Below are positions 1 through 12,664 of a stretch of DNA of 64,000 nt, piece by piece. Source of the DNA: Albugo candida (lineage: Eukaryota); assembly GCA_040437565.1 (NCBI GenBank), contig JBDOQK010000058.1:62001-126000 (forward strand), given 5' to 3'. Under the pieces are notes generated by a model. The model had not been told where the DNA came from and did not search any database. It saw only the letters and a list, made by a program, of their open reading frames with translations. Position 1 is the first letter of the stretch. Every line of letters starts with the position of its first letter. The position numbers and the translations under genes are program-made.

Positions 1-2915
1 CTTTGCTTCCTGCCGTCTAGGCATGTCATCAGATGATGATCTTCTAGCATAAAGCACCAGCTTGTCTTTGATTCATAAACTTTCACGGACCGCAGACATA
101 CATTACATATGGAATTTATGTACTCTATTCTAAATGAGGCTTTTCTTGCAGAAGTGGGTGAAGGAACGTTTTGTCCCATCTGCAATTTGATTATCAGCAC
201 TATCCGGGACCTGTTCAAATCGAAGTTTGGTTGCATATTCTACTCAATCCTCAAGCTGCTTGTTTCTGGCGATTTAGAGGTATCGCATTGCAATCAAAAA
301 CGCACTGACCGATCATACCCGGTTTTACTTTCTCAGTAACTGCTATATTCCTGGATTCCTTATAACTTTCCCGCCTGTGTTTGCACGTTGTCAGAGATGT
401 GTATGATAAACAAAGAAGCCGCTTCACATGGTATGCATAGGGTGCACATTAATATCACAAAGATTAGCAAGAGGGCGAGTAGTCGTTTCCAAATTCCCTT
501 ATTACCAGATCTCGTAAATGTATGCGTTCATAAATAGCGTGCACATTCCATAAAAGTCTGTCAACTTGTCAACTTCCAAGTACCTCTTCATGAATTATAT
601 CGAAGCGGTGAAGTTGTGTTTTGAACCAGCTCAAGAATGCTTGCATGTGAGAAATCATTACTTGGAAAGTCAGATGTTGTTTTTCTATTGACTCTCCTGT
701 TCTTGCTTCATATAGGCCTCTTCTTCGTACGAATTCTTATATGTCAGTCCACCACACGACCACTTTCATCATCAGTAAAGCAGAATTCTTTTTGCTAAAA
801 TTTCGTTATCACCTTGCATGACTCTATTAAGCTCCCATGCATCATAGTCAATAATTTGCAGGAAGCCAAAAGTATCCCGCTCAAATGCGTGGGCTAGCTA
901 AAGTCGACGAAGACGTATTTTACCGCAGTGGTCTAGCTCTCGATCAGAACTGCACGAATTTTGGCTAGTTCATTATTTACAGCGAAAAATGTCGATGCGA
1001 ACGGTGTCGCCAAATCTCTGCGCAGTTCCTGCACCCGAAGAAAAGATACCAGCGAAAAGAGCGGGAGAATAGCATTCGCAATTGGGGGAATCTCCAGAAA
1101 GCGCTCTGGCATCTCATTATTTTGCTTCTCATCTATACCAGAAGTAATATATAACCAAACATCTATATCGGAACTATTACATAGCGTCAATGCTTTTAAT
1201 AAGTTTTGAGGCGAACCTCAGTTATCTGGCATTTTTGCATGGAATCAGCGAGCAACTCGCTGCAGCATTTTACATGTCGATCCAAGCATTGATATGTGCT
1301 TGAGAATAGCCACGTCTCCTTCGTAGTAAGTATCATTTCGCGGGAATCAGATTTTGTAGTCTTGCGAGTCATACACAGTAGTGACCTGTCCGTCCTTGGA
1401 TGAGTGTCCGGTAAAATATGGAAGTGCCAGAAAAAGTTGCAAAGAACATCACTGAAGTTAAAATGAATTTGTATTTTTGGTTTCCAATTCTTGTGGAAAC
1501 GCCTAGACATTTGCATTCGGCTGAACACCCATCGTCTTTCACTAAATTGTCAATTTTCTTTCTTGCGAAATACCCACAGTTTTGCTTCACCACTTTCCTG
1601 TATCATGATAATCGTCTAGACTCATTCCAATCCAACCTCCATTCCTACTAGTTGGCTCTAAAATTAGTTACAGGTATCGGATTTAAAGGTGACTACGAAC
1701 CTAGTCACATTAAATTATCGTCCTGACAGCTTGATCCAGTAGAATCAAAATTCAGTGAAATGATTGACTTCTATCGAAGCTGACGCGTAGAATCTCAGTC
1801 TACATTTCGTATGTGACAATCTTGATGTATATGCCAACCGCATACGCATTCCTCGACAAGAAGCAATTTATAGTCATCCCAATATCCATATAGACAGCCG
1901 ATCATTATACTTTGCTGCAGTTGATCATCCATGCTGTTCTTTTTTCTTAAATTTGAAACAAGAGGTATCCTTGCTGCCTAAGACATGATTTTTTCAAGTG
2001 AAGGGCAATGATCGTATGGAATGATGAAACTCAGGTTCCTTGTATACGCTCCCGTTCGAGGACTTTTCTTCAATCAACTACTAATGTGTGATGATAGCAG
2101 AAGCTCTGCGTGTCGAAAAAGAGAAATCGTGTGTCATAAGCTGAAAGGAACTTTGTGCTTATTTTATCAGCCACAACCGATACTTTTCTATTCAAAGCCC
2201 ATCTGTACTGAGTTCTACCAATTGAAGCGAGTTACTAAGGAGCGCACCAAGTACGGCATGAGTAACCCGCGAATGGATGGTCTATATTAAGAAGAACTGT
2301 GTCTATCATACAGCATGTCAAGGCATGTAAATATCTTTTTTTGTGACGCACAAAGCTCCTTCCCGATACATATATCTTTGCTGGCACTTGAACGATGCAT
2401 CCGTGTCATCTGCTACACATGAATGCAAAATCCTACACTTTAGGTTTCCCGTTTTCTCGTGTCACAAGAGCTGAGGGATATATAAAGTATCGTGTGTAAG
2501 TACTCCGGAAAGATCCTCACATTTTGTACGCAAATCGTTTCATCGTCTACTGTTACTCGAGAGAGCGCACAGTGAGAAAGAATTATGGTATAGATCCGCA
2601 AACAAGATCGTGCTCCTTCGTTTGAGCGCTCAAACCATACGGAGTTCGTTTGTCTATGGTCGGTTCGAGATTTTGTAAGGCAAGACGCTGTAGCGTCTTT
2701 TATCGTAAATGCTCCTAGATTACTTATATTTATTGCTTTCCAAAACATAATGAAAAGTACTACCAGTCATTGCTGGCTGACAGTAAAAAAGTGACCCTTC
2801 GTGTTTCATCGAGCTTATTTGTAGGGAGAGTAATCAAAATATTCGCCAGGTACGCGACAAGCTCAAAATCGAATGAGACCACTGGCACGTTTGGACTGGC
2901 CCTGAACTTGTCCAT
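1..2915 (-). CDS. Probable multi-exon hypothetical gene running off the window start
   Basis: Several minus-strand ORF pieces (933-1190, 1196-1528, 2440-2748) with GT..AG-like short spacers, divergent from EBP2. No recognisable domain and the exon structure is not resolved. Confidence 0.3.
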
Positions 2916-3052
2916 TAAAAGCGATCTGATAAAGAATAAAAAAGGTTTGCGATGCTACTTTTTAGTCGCAATTGCACGTTTCTAGTAATTGAATGGAGTC
3001 CACTAATTGAAGCATTCGAGCATGGCGATTTCACCAATCAAAAATTTTCATT

Positions 3053-4012
3053 ATGGGCAAAAAGAATCGAAAAAATCAGCCTGTTCGTTCTCTAAATGCA
3101 CTGATACCTGCAGAGATAGCTGCCGAAGAAGAGATTCTCGAGACTCCTGCGATCAACCTACTTGAAGGAAGGCTCGATGCATGCGAAAAAGATGAAGACG
3201 AGCATGAAGAATTGGAACTTGAACAATCGCTTGTCGCTGAAATGCGAGCAATAAACGGTTCTCAACCAGCAAAAGAAGTCGCTAACAAGGAAGCGTTGGA
3301 AGCGACAATCATAGAGTGGAATGGTGTCATGCCACAGCTTCCGTGGATCGAAACACTTGACACGTCGGATGTCGAGCTCTGTCTTCCAAACGTGAACGAC
3401 GACTTGAAACGCGAAATAACGTTTTATCAGCAGACTTTGGAATCAGTGCGCATCGCAAGAGCAAAGCTATTACAACAGAATGTACCATACCGACGTCCTT
3501 CAGATTTCTTCGCAGAAATGCTGAAAACAGACAACCAAATGGCCAGAATCAAGGACAAGCTGATTTATGAACAAAAGAAAATTCAAACTGTGGAGGAACG
3601 GAAGAAATCACAAGCGCACCGCAAAGTGGCCAAAGCCGTACAAAGTGAAAAGCTACAACAACGTCAACAAGAAAAGAAAAAGACCCTGGAATCTCTCCAA
3701 CAATGGAAGAAGAATCGTCAATTACGACAACGTACAAATACTACAGAAAAAGACGAGGAAGATCAGGAGGGTCAACTTCAGCAGATTCTAGCCGCGAAAA
3801 CAGTGCGCAAAGGAAAGAATCACAAACGCGAGTACCGTAACGAGAAGTTTGGCTTTGGAGGAAGAAAAACGGGTAGGAAAAGAAATACGAGGGAATCCAC
3901 CAACGATCTTCCCGATTTTGGACAGAAACGAAGCAAAGGCAAGCCAACATCATTAAAGAGACCTGGAAAGACGCAACGAACAAAGAATCGAAAAAGACAA
4001 CGTGCGGGCTAA
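3053..4012 (+). CDS. EBP2: rRNA-processing protein EBP2
   Basis: 319 aa ORF with LPWIETL, NDDLKREITFYQQ, PYRRPSDFFAEMLKTDNQMARIK, KFGFGG and the C-terminal KRPGK..R, all typical of Ebp2. Confidence 0.95.
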   Translation: MGKKNRKNQPVRSLNALIPAEIAAEEEILETPAINLLEGRLDACEKDEDEHEELELEQSLVAEMRAINGSQPAKEVANKEALEATIIEWNGVMPQLPWIETLDTSDVELCLPNVNDDLKREITFYQQTLESVRIARAKLLQQNVPYRRPSDFFAEMLKTDNQMARIKDKLIYEQKKIQTVEERKKSQAHRKVAKAVQSEKLQQRQQEKKKTLESLQQWKKNRQLRQRTNTTEKDEEDQEGQLQQILAAKTVRKGKNHKREYRNEKFGFGGRKTGRKRNTRESTNDLPDFGQKRSKGKPTSLKRPGKTQRTKNRKRQRAG

Positions 4013-4069
4013 TATTGAATCGTACTGAGCGTAATAGACGACATAATAGATATTGCATCGTCTTCTATT

Positions 4070-6350
4070 CTCATTATCACAGGCCAAAATTCTGCTTGAA
4101 GAAGTTCCTCATAAGGCGTCATTACTTTGTCCAGAGCTCGTAAAGTTCTGACAGACAAATCGTAGTTCATGACAGCTCACAAAAAGTCCCGCTCAAACAA
4201 TTGATTTACTGAAATAAATTTTGGCAAAACCCCAACATCAGCGTTGTTTTTCTGCAATTTTCGCTTGGTCCCTTGCAATACACCGAGGCAATTTAGAAAT
4301 CGATGGATGTGTGGTTCTGATCGTTGGCTTCCATTTTCCATAACTTTATCAGGAAGACCATGAATGGACTCCTAAATTCGAATAGTGTGAAGAGAATTTG
4401 GGCTTGTAAGGATCATTATTAGGTATGTCAAAGCTCGGGATAGCAACAATGCTTGCATGTGGTAAATTTATAGGGAGTTGTAGTTCTCCATCAAATTGTC
4501 AAAGTGGAAATGCATGCTTTGACAGTGATCACAGACATTTCCAGCACAAGAGGGACTTTTGTGCTGGAAATGTCTATAATTTTACAGAAAAGTTCCTCTT
4601 GTGCTATAACTTTTCTGTAAAATATCGCTCTAAAAGTCGCAATCTTTTTTTTTGCGTGTGAGTCTTTCATTCGTATCATGCTCGCCTCTATCAATCATTC
4701 AAGTGCGTGTGAGTCGTGAACTTCTTAAGTACTCCATTGACGACCACTCTTGTATCCGATCCAATTATGGCTGGAGTTGTTTGCATGTACATTCGTATAA
4801 AAATTCCGACAAGGGAGACGTCACTTGATGTGAACTTGACTTGGTTCAGCTTGCGCAAGAGAAGCACTAAATAAAAATACCAATTGTGTAGGCCTCATAC
4901 TAGGAATACTTACGTTTAGCCAGCGTGAAAGTTGCATGCATTTATACTCCGGATGTTCATTGGTATTTTGCGAATTGAAGATTCATTTGATAGAGCGTAC
5001 ACGGCAGCAGCTGCCAAGGTGAACCTTTTCTTGAATGAATAAGATAAATCGTAAATTCCTGTTCTACATAATTATATTGTACGCTCATGCCTTTTACACG
5101 ATCCGAATGGCAGATGTGCTTTCTAGTAGTAGGCAGATCTTGGGTGATTCAGTGCCTTTCCTGATGGGGATGTTGTCGGCCGTGCATGATCATATCCAAA
5201 ACCGCATGACTTTGTGCCAACTAGCAATAGCCACGCTTCTATTCGTCGTCGAAACTTCTCTTTTTTCATTCCAACATATTCGATTCTAAGCATTTGAATG
5301 GTATACTTGCTTTTGTTAGAGGCGAACCGCTTCAGCTATGCTGTAAGGAAATTGTCACGGTATCGATGTCTAAGGTGGCTACTGAAGCCCGCATGAAAAC
5401 ATCTGCATGAATTTAGCTGTAGGAATGAGATACCAATGTGATCATAACTGGTGATTATGGCATTGCTAAGTACCGGCCCAAATTCCGTCGGGATTTCCTG
5501 CGATTCATCTTTACCGAAAATACATGAGAGTGCTCGAGAATCGCTCACTGGCGCTATGCAAGATACCAAGTACCTGATTATGAGTCTTCTCTTAGAAGCC
5601 CTTTCTCGAATTTCAGAAACCGCATTACGTCTTTAGTTTACATAGTACTAAGATCTTTATCCTTTCTCAGAAAGGCGATTCTTCTGGAATGTGTTCACTT
5701 TTCTCGATTTCTCATATAGGTTTGTGCAGACTCGTGACCCAAAGACACTTCACAGCGCAATAAATTGGGAATTCTGATACACGCAATGCTTCAGGAAATA
5801 GGAAGACTTCCCTTCTAATCAAATTTGGTCGAGCAATAATGACTCATCTCCCATACTTTTGACATCGAAATTACGCAAGAAACAAGCATGGTGGGGAAAA
5901 ATCCACGAGCGTGCAGGATTTGGACAGGTGTCGCATCAAGAGTTTCTGAATTTTAGCCGCTATATACCAACGTGTCACTTCATGCATGCATGAAATGGGG
6001 TTCTCGCAACTTGGATAAAAGTATTCCGCTTCTGAATGTATACCTTCTTCAGCGGATTCTAGCAGCTTGAAAGAGGAAAAATGATTGAGTATTCGCACAT
6101 TCTACTCCCGGTACTCGCTATCGCAGAGAATACAATCTAATAGTTACTTTATTTTGCTCGAAAAACTGCTCGCAATATCTCGATTAGTCGAACCGTTAAG
6201 AATCAATCCACTTCCTTGGACGTACGCAACGATGGGCTAATGTTGGATCGGATACTTTCCAAGCAGATTCGTGTTCAATTTCGAGTAGCTCTGATTGCCT
6301 TCTAGGCTCAATAAGGATGCAGAGGATTATTTTTGTGTGTAATTTTACCA
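4070..6350 (-). CDS. Probable multi-exon hypothetical gene (possibly degenerate)
   Basis: Spliceable minus-strand exons, e.g. ESIHGLPDKVMENG...QLFERDFL|TLRALDKVMTPYEELLQAEFW joined across a gtgag..tcag intron near 4150-4180, plus ORF 5336-5569. The full model is not resolved and boundaries are approximate. Confidence 0.35.
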
Positions 6351-6479
6351 TGTTGCGCCAAGACAATCCTTGAAGCTATATCGGGTACATTTCCGAATCA
6401 CGATTATAATCTATCACTAGTAGTATAACGTGCGACCCGGTAACGTTTTTCCAAGCCTTATAAAAGCTCAACAACGAAA

Positions 6480-9300
6480 CAATCGCATCATACTTCACAT
6501 AAAACTGGTCGTAGTAGTGCACATGAACCTTTACTTCCCTTTATAAAGAAGTAGAAAACGAACGTACGCTTCTTCGGTTCGTTGCTGAGTGTGGCGAGTC
6601 GGGAAGTTACTGTTGGAGGACCACGCTTCATATTTGGGTTAGCGCCTGAAGAATTGTAAACGTTTGATGCAGTTGTTCTAGTAAGTAATGCTACTATCAC
6701 TAGTGTTGTTTGATACTTCTGCAGCGATTGTAATGATAGGCTTGGTCTATTAGATTATCATTTCAGGAGTGCTGCTTCCTTCTTCCGATTATATTTTTTC
6801 AAGCCAATGTCTTTTCGAGCTATCAACACTATGTTCTGAGCCGGCAGAATTAAAAAAAGGACAATATGTCAAGCTATACAGGTACTGCATGGTATCATTT
6901 ACATTGTATAGTGAAATCAATTATGTGACTTTCATGCGTACGCCGACCTCTTTGTAATGCTTACTCCCGACAATCAATTTGATGTAAGAATTAAAGAATA
7001 AAATGACATGCAAAACTCACTCGCTACAACCAAAACCCACCAGCACCATATCAGGTAAAAGCCAACAAAACTAGCAACGGAATGCTGATTACCAAGGTAG
7101 ACCATATCAAATTGAGGCCTACAGTTCATCCGTGTTTGTATCATTCATACTTTCAAGAACGATACGATTCTTCCTCCGGCTAATGAATATAAAATTCGAG
7201 AACATCTATAAAAGGTACTCTATCTTGATCAAAGGGTACTTGAACGGTATTCAGTTCAGTCAGCGCCACCACTTAGCATAGGAATTTCTATGAGAGAACG
7301 CGGTTTTGTGCTTTTGCGAATTCAACTCTCAGCTGACCTAATTCGCTGATTTTCTTCTCTTGATCTTCATATGTACTTGTTCGATCAAAGTTGCGTTGAC
7401 ATCTTATTATTAGGCACAATATCGCCAAAAAAGGCATACCAATGCTAAGGGGATTCATGTCTTTATCCGTATCAAAAAATTAAACTTTGCAGTAACCTAC
7501 TATGGTGATCTGTGGTGATGTCGTATGCTTAAGAACGACTAGCACAAGAACACGAAGATGTGATCAATTCTTAATTCTCGACGATGATTATTCGCATCGT
7601 ATACTTATATACACGAGGCAATGGATCGGATCTTCTACCTGCGATATTGCTTTTCTTGAAATGATTACTGCACCTTCAGCTTCTTTTAAGAGAATTTTAA
7701 TAAAGCACCCGGCACCGACAGAGTGATGGTAGCCGTTTCACTTAACGCACACATTCATGACCAGATNNNNNNNNNNNNNNNNNNNNNNNNNNNNNNNNNN
7801 NNNNNNNNNNNNNNNNNNNNNNNNNNNNNNNNNNNNNNNNNNNNNNNNNNNNNNNNNNNNNNNNNNCGGTATTCAGTTCAGTCAGCGCCACCACTTAGCA
7901 TAGGAATTTCTATGAGAGAACGCGGTTTTGTGCTTTTGCGAATTCAACTCTCAGCTGACCTAATTCGCTGATTTTCTTCTCTTGATCTTCATATGTACTT
8001 GTTCGATCAAAGTTGCGTTGACATCTTATTATTAGGCACAATATCGCCAAAAAAGGCATACCAATGCTAAGGGGATTCATGTCTTTATCCGTATCAAAAA
8101 ATTAAACTTTGCAGTAACCTACTATGGTGATCTGTGGTGATGTCGTATGCTTAAGAACGACTAGCACAAGAACACGAAGATGTGATCAATTCTTAATTCT
8201 CGACGATGATTATTCGCATCGTATACTTATATACACGAGGCAATGGATCGGATCTTCTACCTGCGATATTGCTTTTCTTGAAATGATTACTGCACCTTCA
8301 GCTTCTTTTAAGAGAATTTTAATAAAGCACCCGGCACCGACAGAGTGATGGTAGCCGTTTCACTTAACGCACACATTCATGACCAGATCTGTCGGAGTTG
8401 CTGATCGCTGATTAAACAGACGACGATTCCGATCGGAGTGCAGAGTCACCGCTTGCAATGAAAGCCATTAATCTGATATAATTCGCTGATGTTCCGTGCC
8501 AGCCGAATTGTTGACACAAGTGCACATGCTATATACGTCCAACGTGGACGCGAGGAGGAAATCTGATCCCAAGTAGGAAGTAGCTCCATCCAAAATTGTG
8601 CCGTGTGATCCCATTTGGGTAAGCGATTTGGATCGTATTTACCTGCTCCGCACGAGGGCTGAGTGCACAATATAATGTCGGGCGTGTATCCTTTCAGAAT
8701 CAGAAACTAGATAGAACTGACACCTATCAACGTTCAGCACATTGAAGACCGTTTATTTGTCTGAATCGCCTGCCCCAGTTGCATTAGCAGCTTGTCGCAT
8801 ATATACAAGAGTTTGTCAACTTCAACTATGAAGTTTCTTTTCTTTTGCAAGTATGCGGCTGATGTCACTGAAAAGCTCTGGTGCTTGGCTCGAAGTCCAC
8901 TCAGGCTAGGCAAAACATACTTGCGCTTTTTCCTGTGCTTGCTTGACTATACTTGCAGATGATCTGCCAGGTTCTAGAGGGCTAGACTGTCTCTCAGGAT
9001 TTCGTTCACTGTATCTGTTGGTCTTGCTCGATATCTGACGGCTTCGCTGGTATTTATGCGTAGAAATGTGTTCATAAATGCTTGGTAGGCAGGTATATTA
9101 CTTGCTTCTTGCTGCAGACGTACGAGGCGAGGCATAGATACTCAGCGCAATCAGCTCATCAAACATCGCTTGACCAACAGAGTTAGCGAAGCACTTCCAG
9201 CGAATAATGGTTAGACTGCACAGACATGTCAGTTAGCCGGATTCTATTGTGTATGCGGCGCGTGAAAATCAAGTTTGATAGGACAGCTATAATCATTGAG
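6480..9300 (-). other. Region of fragmentary minus-strand coding-like sequence (unresolved gene or pseudogene)
   Basis: Short protein-like stretches, some hydrophobic, with splice-like signals (gctaac..cag, gtatgt), but stops occur in all candidate frames. Confidence 0.2.
7245..8388. repeat. Gap-flanking direct duplication (7245-7766 = 7867-8388), likely assembly artefact
   Basis: Same 522 nt on both sides of the 100-N gap at 7767-7866. ORFs 7502 and 8124 are identical. Confidence 0.9.
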
Positions 9301-9754
9301 TAGAAACCGCTACTTTCGTTTACAGACGCAATTTGCCACGCTAAGAACAAAAGAAATCGCGAGTCTACCGGTCAGTTTTACCCTAGGCTATCTAACTGAT
9401 GAACTCGTTCCGACTGAGCTGGTGTCCGGTTACGCCCAAGTCCAAGCTATCTATAATACTATATATCTACAGCATACTATTATCGTCAAGTAGTGGTTTT
9501 TGTCAATGCACGCGCTCCTTTCCATCAAGCTCATCTTTTACAGTAGGACGTGTGATGCGTTTTCGGCCTCCCAATCAAGTTGAAGCGGACTGCGATAATC
9601 ACCCTAGATGTCCTTATAGATAGCTGCACTAGTAGAGAAAACACCAAGGAATTTTATAAGGCACGATTTACGCGCTTGCTGGATTGATTATAATGCTAAA
9701 ATAAATTTTACTGCTCAAAGTATAACAGCCAGACTGTTTCTGTTTGTTTACGAC

Positions 9755-12052
9755 CTACAGACTGCCGTCAAGTATCATTTTCTTCACAATGTTGGAGGCA
9801 GTCAAAGCAAGTCGTAGCATCAATGTGTATTCTGATTGATTGATCTGACGTCGTTCTGCATTCATGCAGCATAATGAACCTTTGATTACTTGGTCGCCAA
9901 TCGACACATGCATAGGGAATCCAATGTAAAATGACAAGCGATGATCCGAACAAACAGCTGAACCATGGAACTGCACATCTGAGGGCAGATTCTGATAAAT
10001 CGTGGGGGCTCCTTCGTATAGCATATGCGCACAGAGAGACTGATCTTTCGAAACTCGTGTAAAAAGCGGAAACAAATCTGGCGCATTACCTCCAACTACT
10101 TGTAAGAAATCTCCAATTAACAGTGTCATCACACTATACGAGCAGTTTAAGAGTTTTGCTGCAATGTCACAAATTGTAGTCAGCTCGGGAACGTGTCCAA
10201 TATCCACCTCGTGCAAGTTACATGATTGTACACAAGGTGCTTTTGGCATGGAATCTTCTGGATTGGCATACGTGAGTGGGTATGTTCGCTTTTTGGCGGC
10301 TCCCACGACACAATCTTGCAGCGCAACTGGCTGCAAACATACCATTTCAATTAATCTGCTGGACTCATCCAACGGCCGACCGGTTGACGCACCGGACTCA
10401 CCCTCTCCATGCAAATTCAATACATCCACTTTTGCTCTTGCCATTTGTGTTGAATCAGTCTGAGAGTGGTGAAAGACGTGTATGATATGTTCAAGAAGTC
10501 GATTGCCTTCCGTTTTTTCGCTGTCATTTTGTACAACCGACCGCATAAATGAACGCAGTTTGTTTGTGAGCTTCTGTGCTGATTCAGGTGCGTCGCTTTG
10601 TACTCTTGGAGGACGAAGCAGCTCTGAACAAACATCACTAAAACTTCCCATGGCTAATTTATCGAGACATCTCTCACATACACGCACACGCTCAATATCG
10701 ATACTAATACTCTCATTTGTACCGTCTTTACGGATGACATGTTGCTCTCGTTCCTGTTCTTGACAGCATGAACTAACACATATAAAAAATCCACATATAT
10801 CACATAAACACTTTTTTTTCCAACGAAATCTTTGGACGCAGCAGACACATCGTTCATTTTGCACTTTGATAACTTCGTGATCAACCAAACGCTGCATACC
10901 CAGCCGCCGTCGCATAAGCACTCGGGGTAAAGTGTCAACTGATTTGGCCAGCGAGAAAAGGCGATGTTTAAGTGTGAAATTGGATGTCCGATTTGATCGA
11001 AGTTGCGTCCAATTAGTAGTTGTTGCCAGAGGTGCTTGTGCATAGTACATGACATTGACACTGGTCTTATCTCCGAACGCGTGTTTACCATCGTCTGAAC
11101 TGACTTCTTGTATCCAGTAACTTGTGATAAGATTAGATAATTGGCTGAATGCTTCTTTACGGGTGTTTGATGCTGGCGTTGTGCTGATGTACAAATCTTC
11201 ACATGAAAGAGGCGCGCTAATCTTTCGGAAGCCATTATGCGCTTCATTTCCAAACTCGACTTCAGAACCTTCCAATGGGCTATTGCTTATAAAATCCAAA
11301 AAACACCACTGTTCGTTACGAGCGAATGGGTATGCGTTACTAAATATCGCAGTGTTGACAAAACTTTCTTGAAGTACGTCGGATCCAGCATTGTTGATAT
11401 CATTGTTTGCATTTGCATGGTGTATCGCGGTTCCATAAACGAATTCCTTCCCATGTAATGTTGACATCATGGAATTATACGGACGATGATGCTGTTTGTG
11501 GTTGTTTACTGGAACTTGGAGAAAGCTTCGGATTTCTTTTGCTGTGCAGTTTTGAATAGTGCCTCGACCAAGCACTGCAAACACTTTATTCGATTGCTCT
11601 GTCGTGTACGCACTTAAATCGGCTTCATCGTGATCAGTAAAGATTCTCGTAAAAATGGAAAAGTCGGAGATTTTCTTCTTTAATTTCCAACCACCCTCGC
11701 ATTCACTTTCTTTTACATCAGCTAGTGCTGCCCAATCAATCTTTTGCTCTGTTTTCTTAGCGAGGTATGATAATTGCGCATATCCGAGGCGAATACTGCG
11801 AGCAGGAGCGTCGGAGGCGGTACTCTCGGAATCCTCGCTGATTTGTTCAACATCCACGCTGAACTGTTCTACGTCATCGCTTGTAATCGAGTCATCTCGA
11901 TCGGTCGTTCGTGGCGAGATCATTTTAGACATTGAAAGCGTGCGATCACTTCCCAACGAAAGAGTGTCTCGCAATGATTTGGACGGCTGGTGCACGCCGT
12001 TAATGCTCTCATCTTTCTGAGCAAAATGAGACAGACACGCAGAATTGTTCAT
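9755..12052 (-). CDS. Oomycete-type START-like / FYVE-like zinc finger / GAF domain protein
   Basis: 765 aa intronless ORF. It has a START-like N-terminal part (GWKLKKK..FSIFTR), a Cys-rich FYVE-like finger (CVCCVQRF..CDICGFFICVSSCC..RVCERC) and a C-terminal GAF (ICDIAAKLLNC..SLCAH..FYIGFPM..GSLCCM). Confidence 0.8.
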   Translation of the reverse strand: MNNSACLSHFAQKDESINGVHQPSKSLRDTLSLGSDRTLSMSKMISPRTTDRDDSITSDDVEQFSVDVEQISEDSESTASDAPARSIRLGYAQLSYLAKKTEQKIDWAALADVKESECEGGWKLKKKISDFSIFTRIFTDHDEADLSAYTTEQSNKVFAVLGRGTIQNCTAKEIRSFLQVPVNNHKQHHRPYNSMMSTLHGKEFVYGTAIHHANANNDINNAGSDVLQESFVNTAIFSNAYPFARNEQWCFLDFISNSPLEGSEVEFGNEAHNGFRKISAPLSCEDLYISTTPASNTRKEAFSQLSNLITSYWIQEVSSDDGKHAFGDKTSVNVMYYAQAPLATTTNWTQLRSNRTSNFTLKHRLFSLAKSVDTLPRVLMRRRLGMQRLVDHEVIKVQNERCVCCVQRFRWKKKCLCDICGFFICVSSCCQEQEREQHVIRKDGTNESISIDIERVRVCERCLDKLAMGSFSDVCSELLRPPRVQSDAPESAQKLTNKLRSFMRSVVQNDSEKTEGNRLLEHIIHVFHHSQTDSTQMARAKVDVLNLHGEGESGASTGRPLDESSRLIEMVCLQPVALQDCVVGAAKKRTYPLTYANPEDSMPKAPCVQSCNLHEVDIGHVPELTTICDIAAKLLNCSYSVMTLLIGDFLQVVGGNAPDLFPLFTRVSKDQSLCAHMLYEGAPTIYQNLPSDVQFHGSAVCSDHRLSFYIGFPMHVSIGDQVIKGSLCCMNAERRQINQSEYTLMLRLALTASNIVKKMILDGSL

Positions 12053-12664
12053 CGAGGTGGTTGCAACGGTGAGAGCCGCGCAGGTGATAATTTATTCAGT
12101 TTTACCCTGACCTGGTATTATTGAGAACTGCTGAACGGGACCCTATCCATTGTATTTGTATCATTAAAAATTACGCACAGGAATGATTCCAGTCACGTAG
12201 GCTTTGATCGAAGGATGATTGGCTAAACAACCTCTTCTATTTGCAAAAACGGTACCTTTCTAGGCATCATATGTTTATTTCGTTCCAGTGTGCTCTGAAA
12301 TTCTAATCGACCGAAAGAGTGGAAGGATAGAGATACATTTTTACAACCAATGAGAAGAGCGGACCTGCAATCAGATTTTGATTGGTTGTAGAGAGAAATC
12401 CTAATTTACATGTGTGCCACCCTATTCCAGAATTCCATTCGAGGGGCTTTTTTTTGTCCTTTCTTCGTTGGAGAGGAAGCAGTTTGTTTTTCTTTGCTGC
12501 GTTTATTGTCGTCTCATTGCCTGTCATCTTCGACTGAGCAATCACATACTCGTAGCTATACCCAATTGTAGTAGATTTCCATACACGTACCTCGTTCGTC
12601 GCGAGACTGATCCGTTTTTGGAAAACTACACACAATTAATCGATTGTCTATCAGCGAATGGAAA

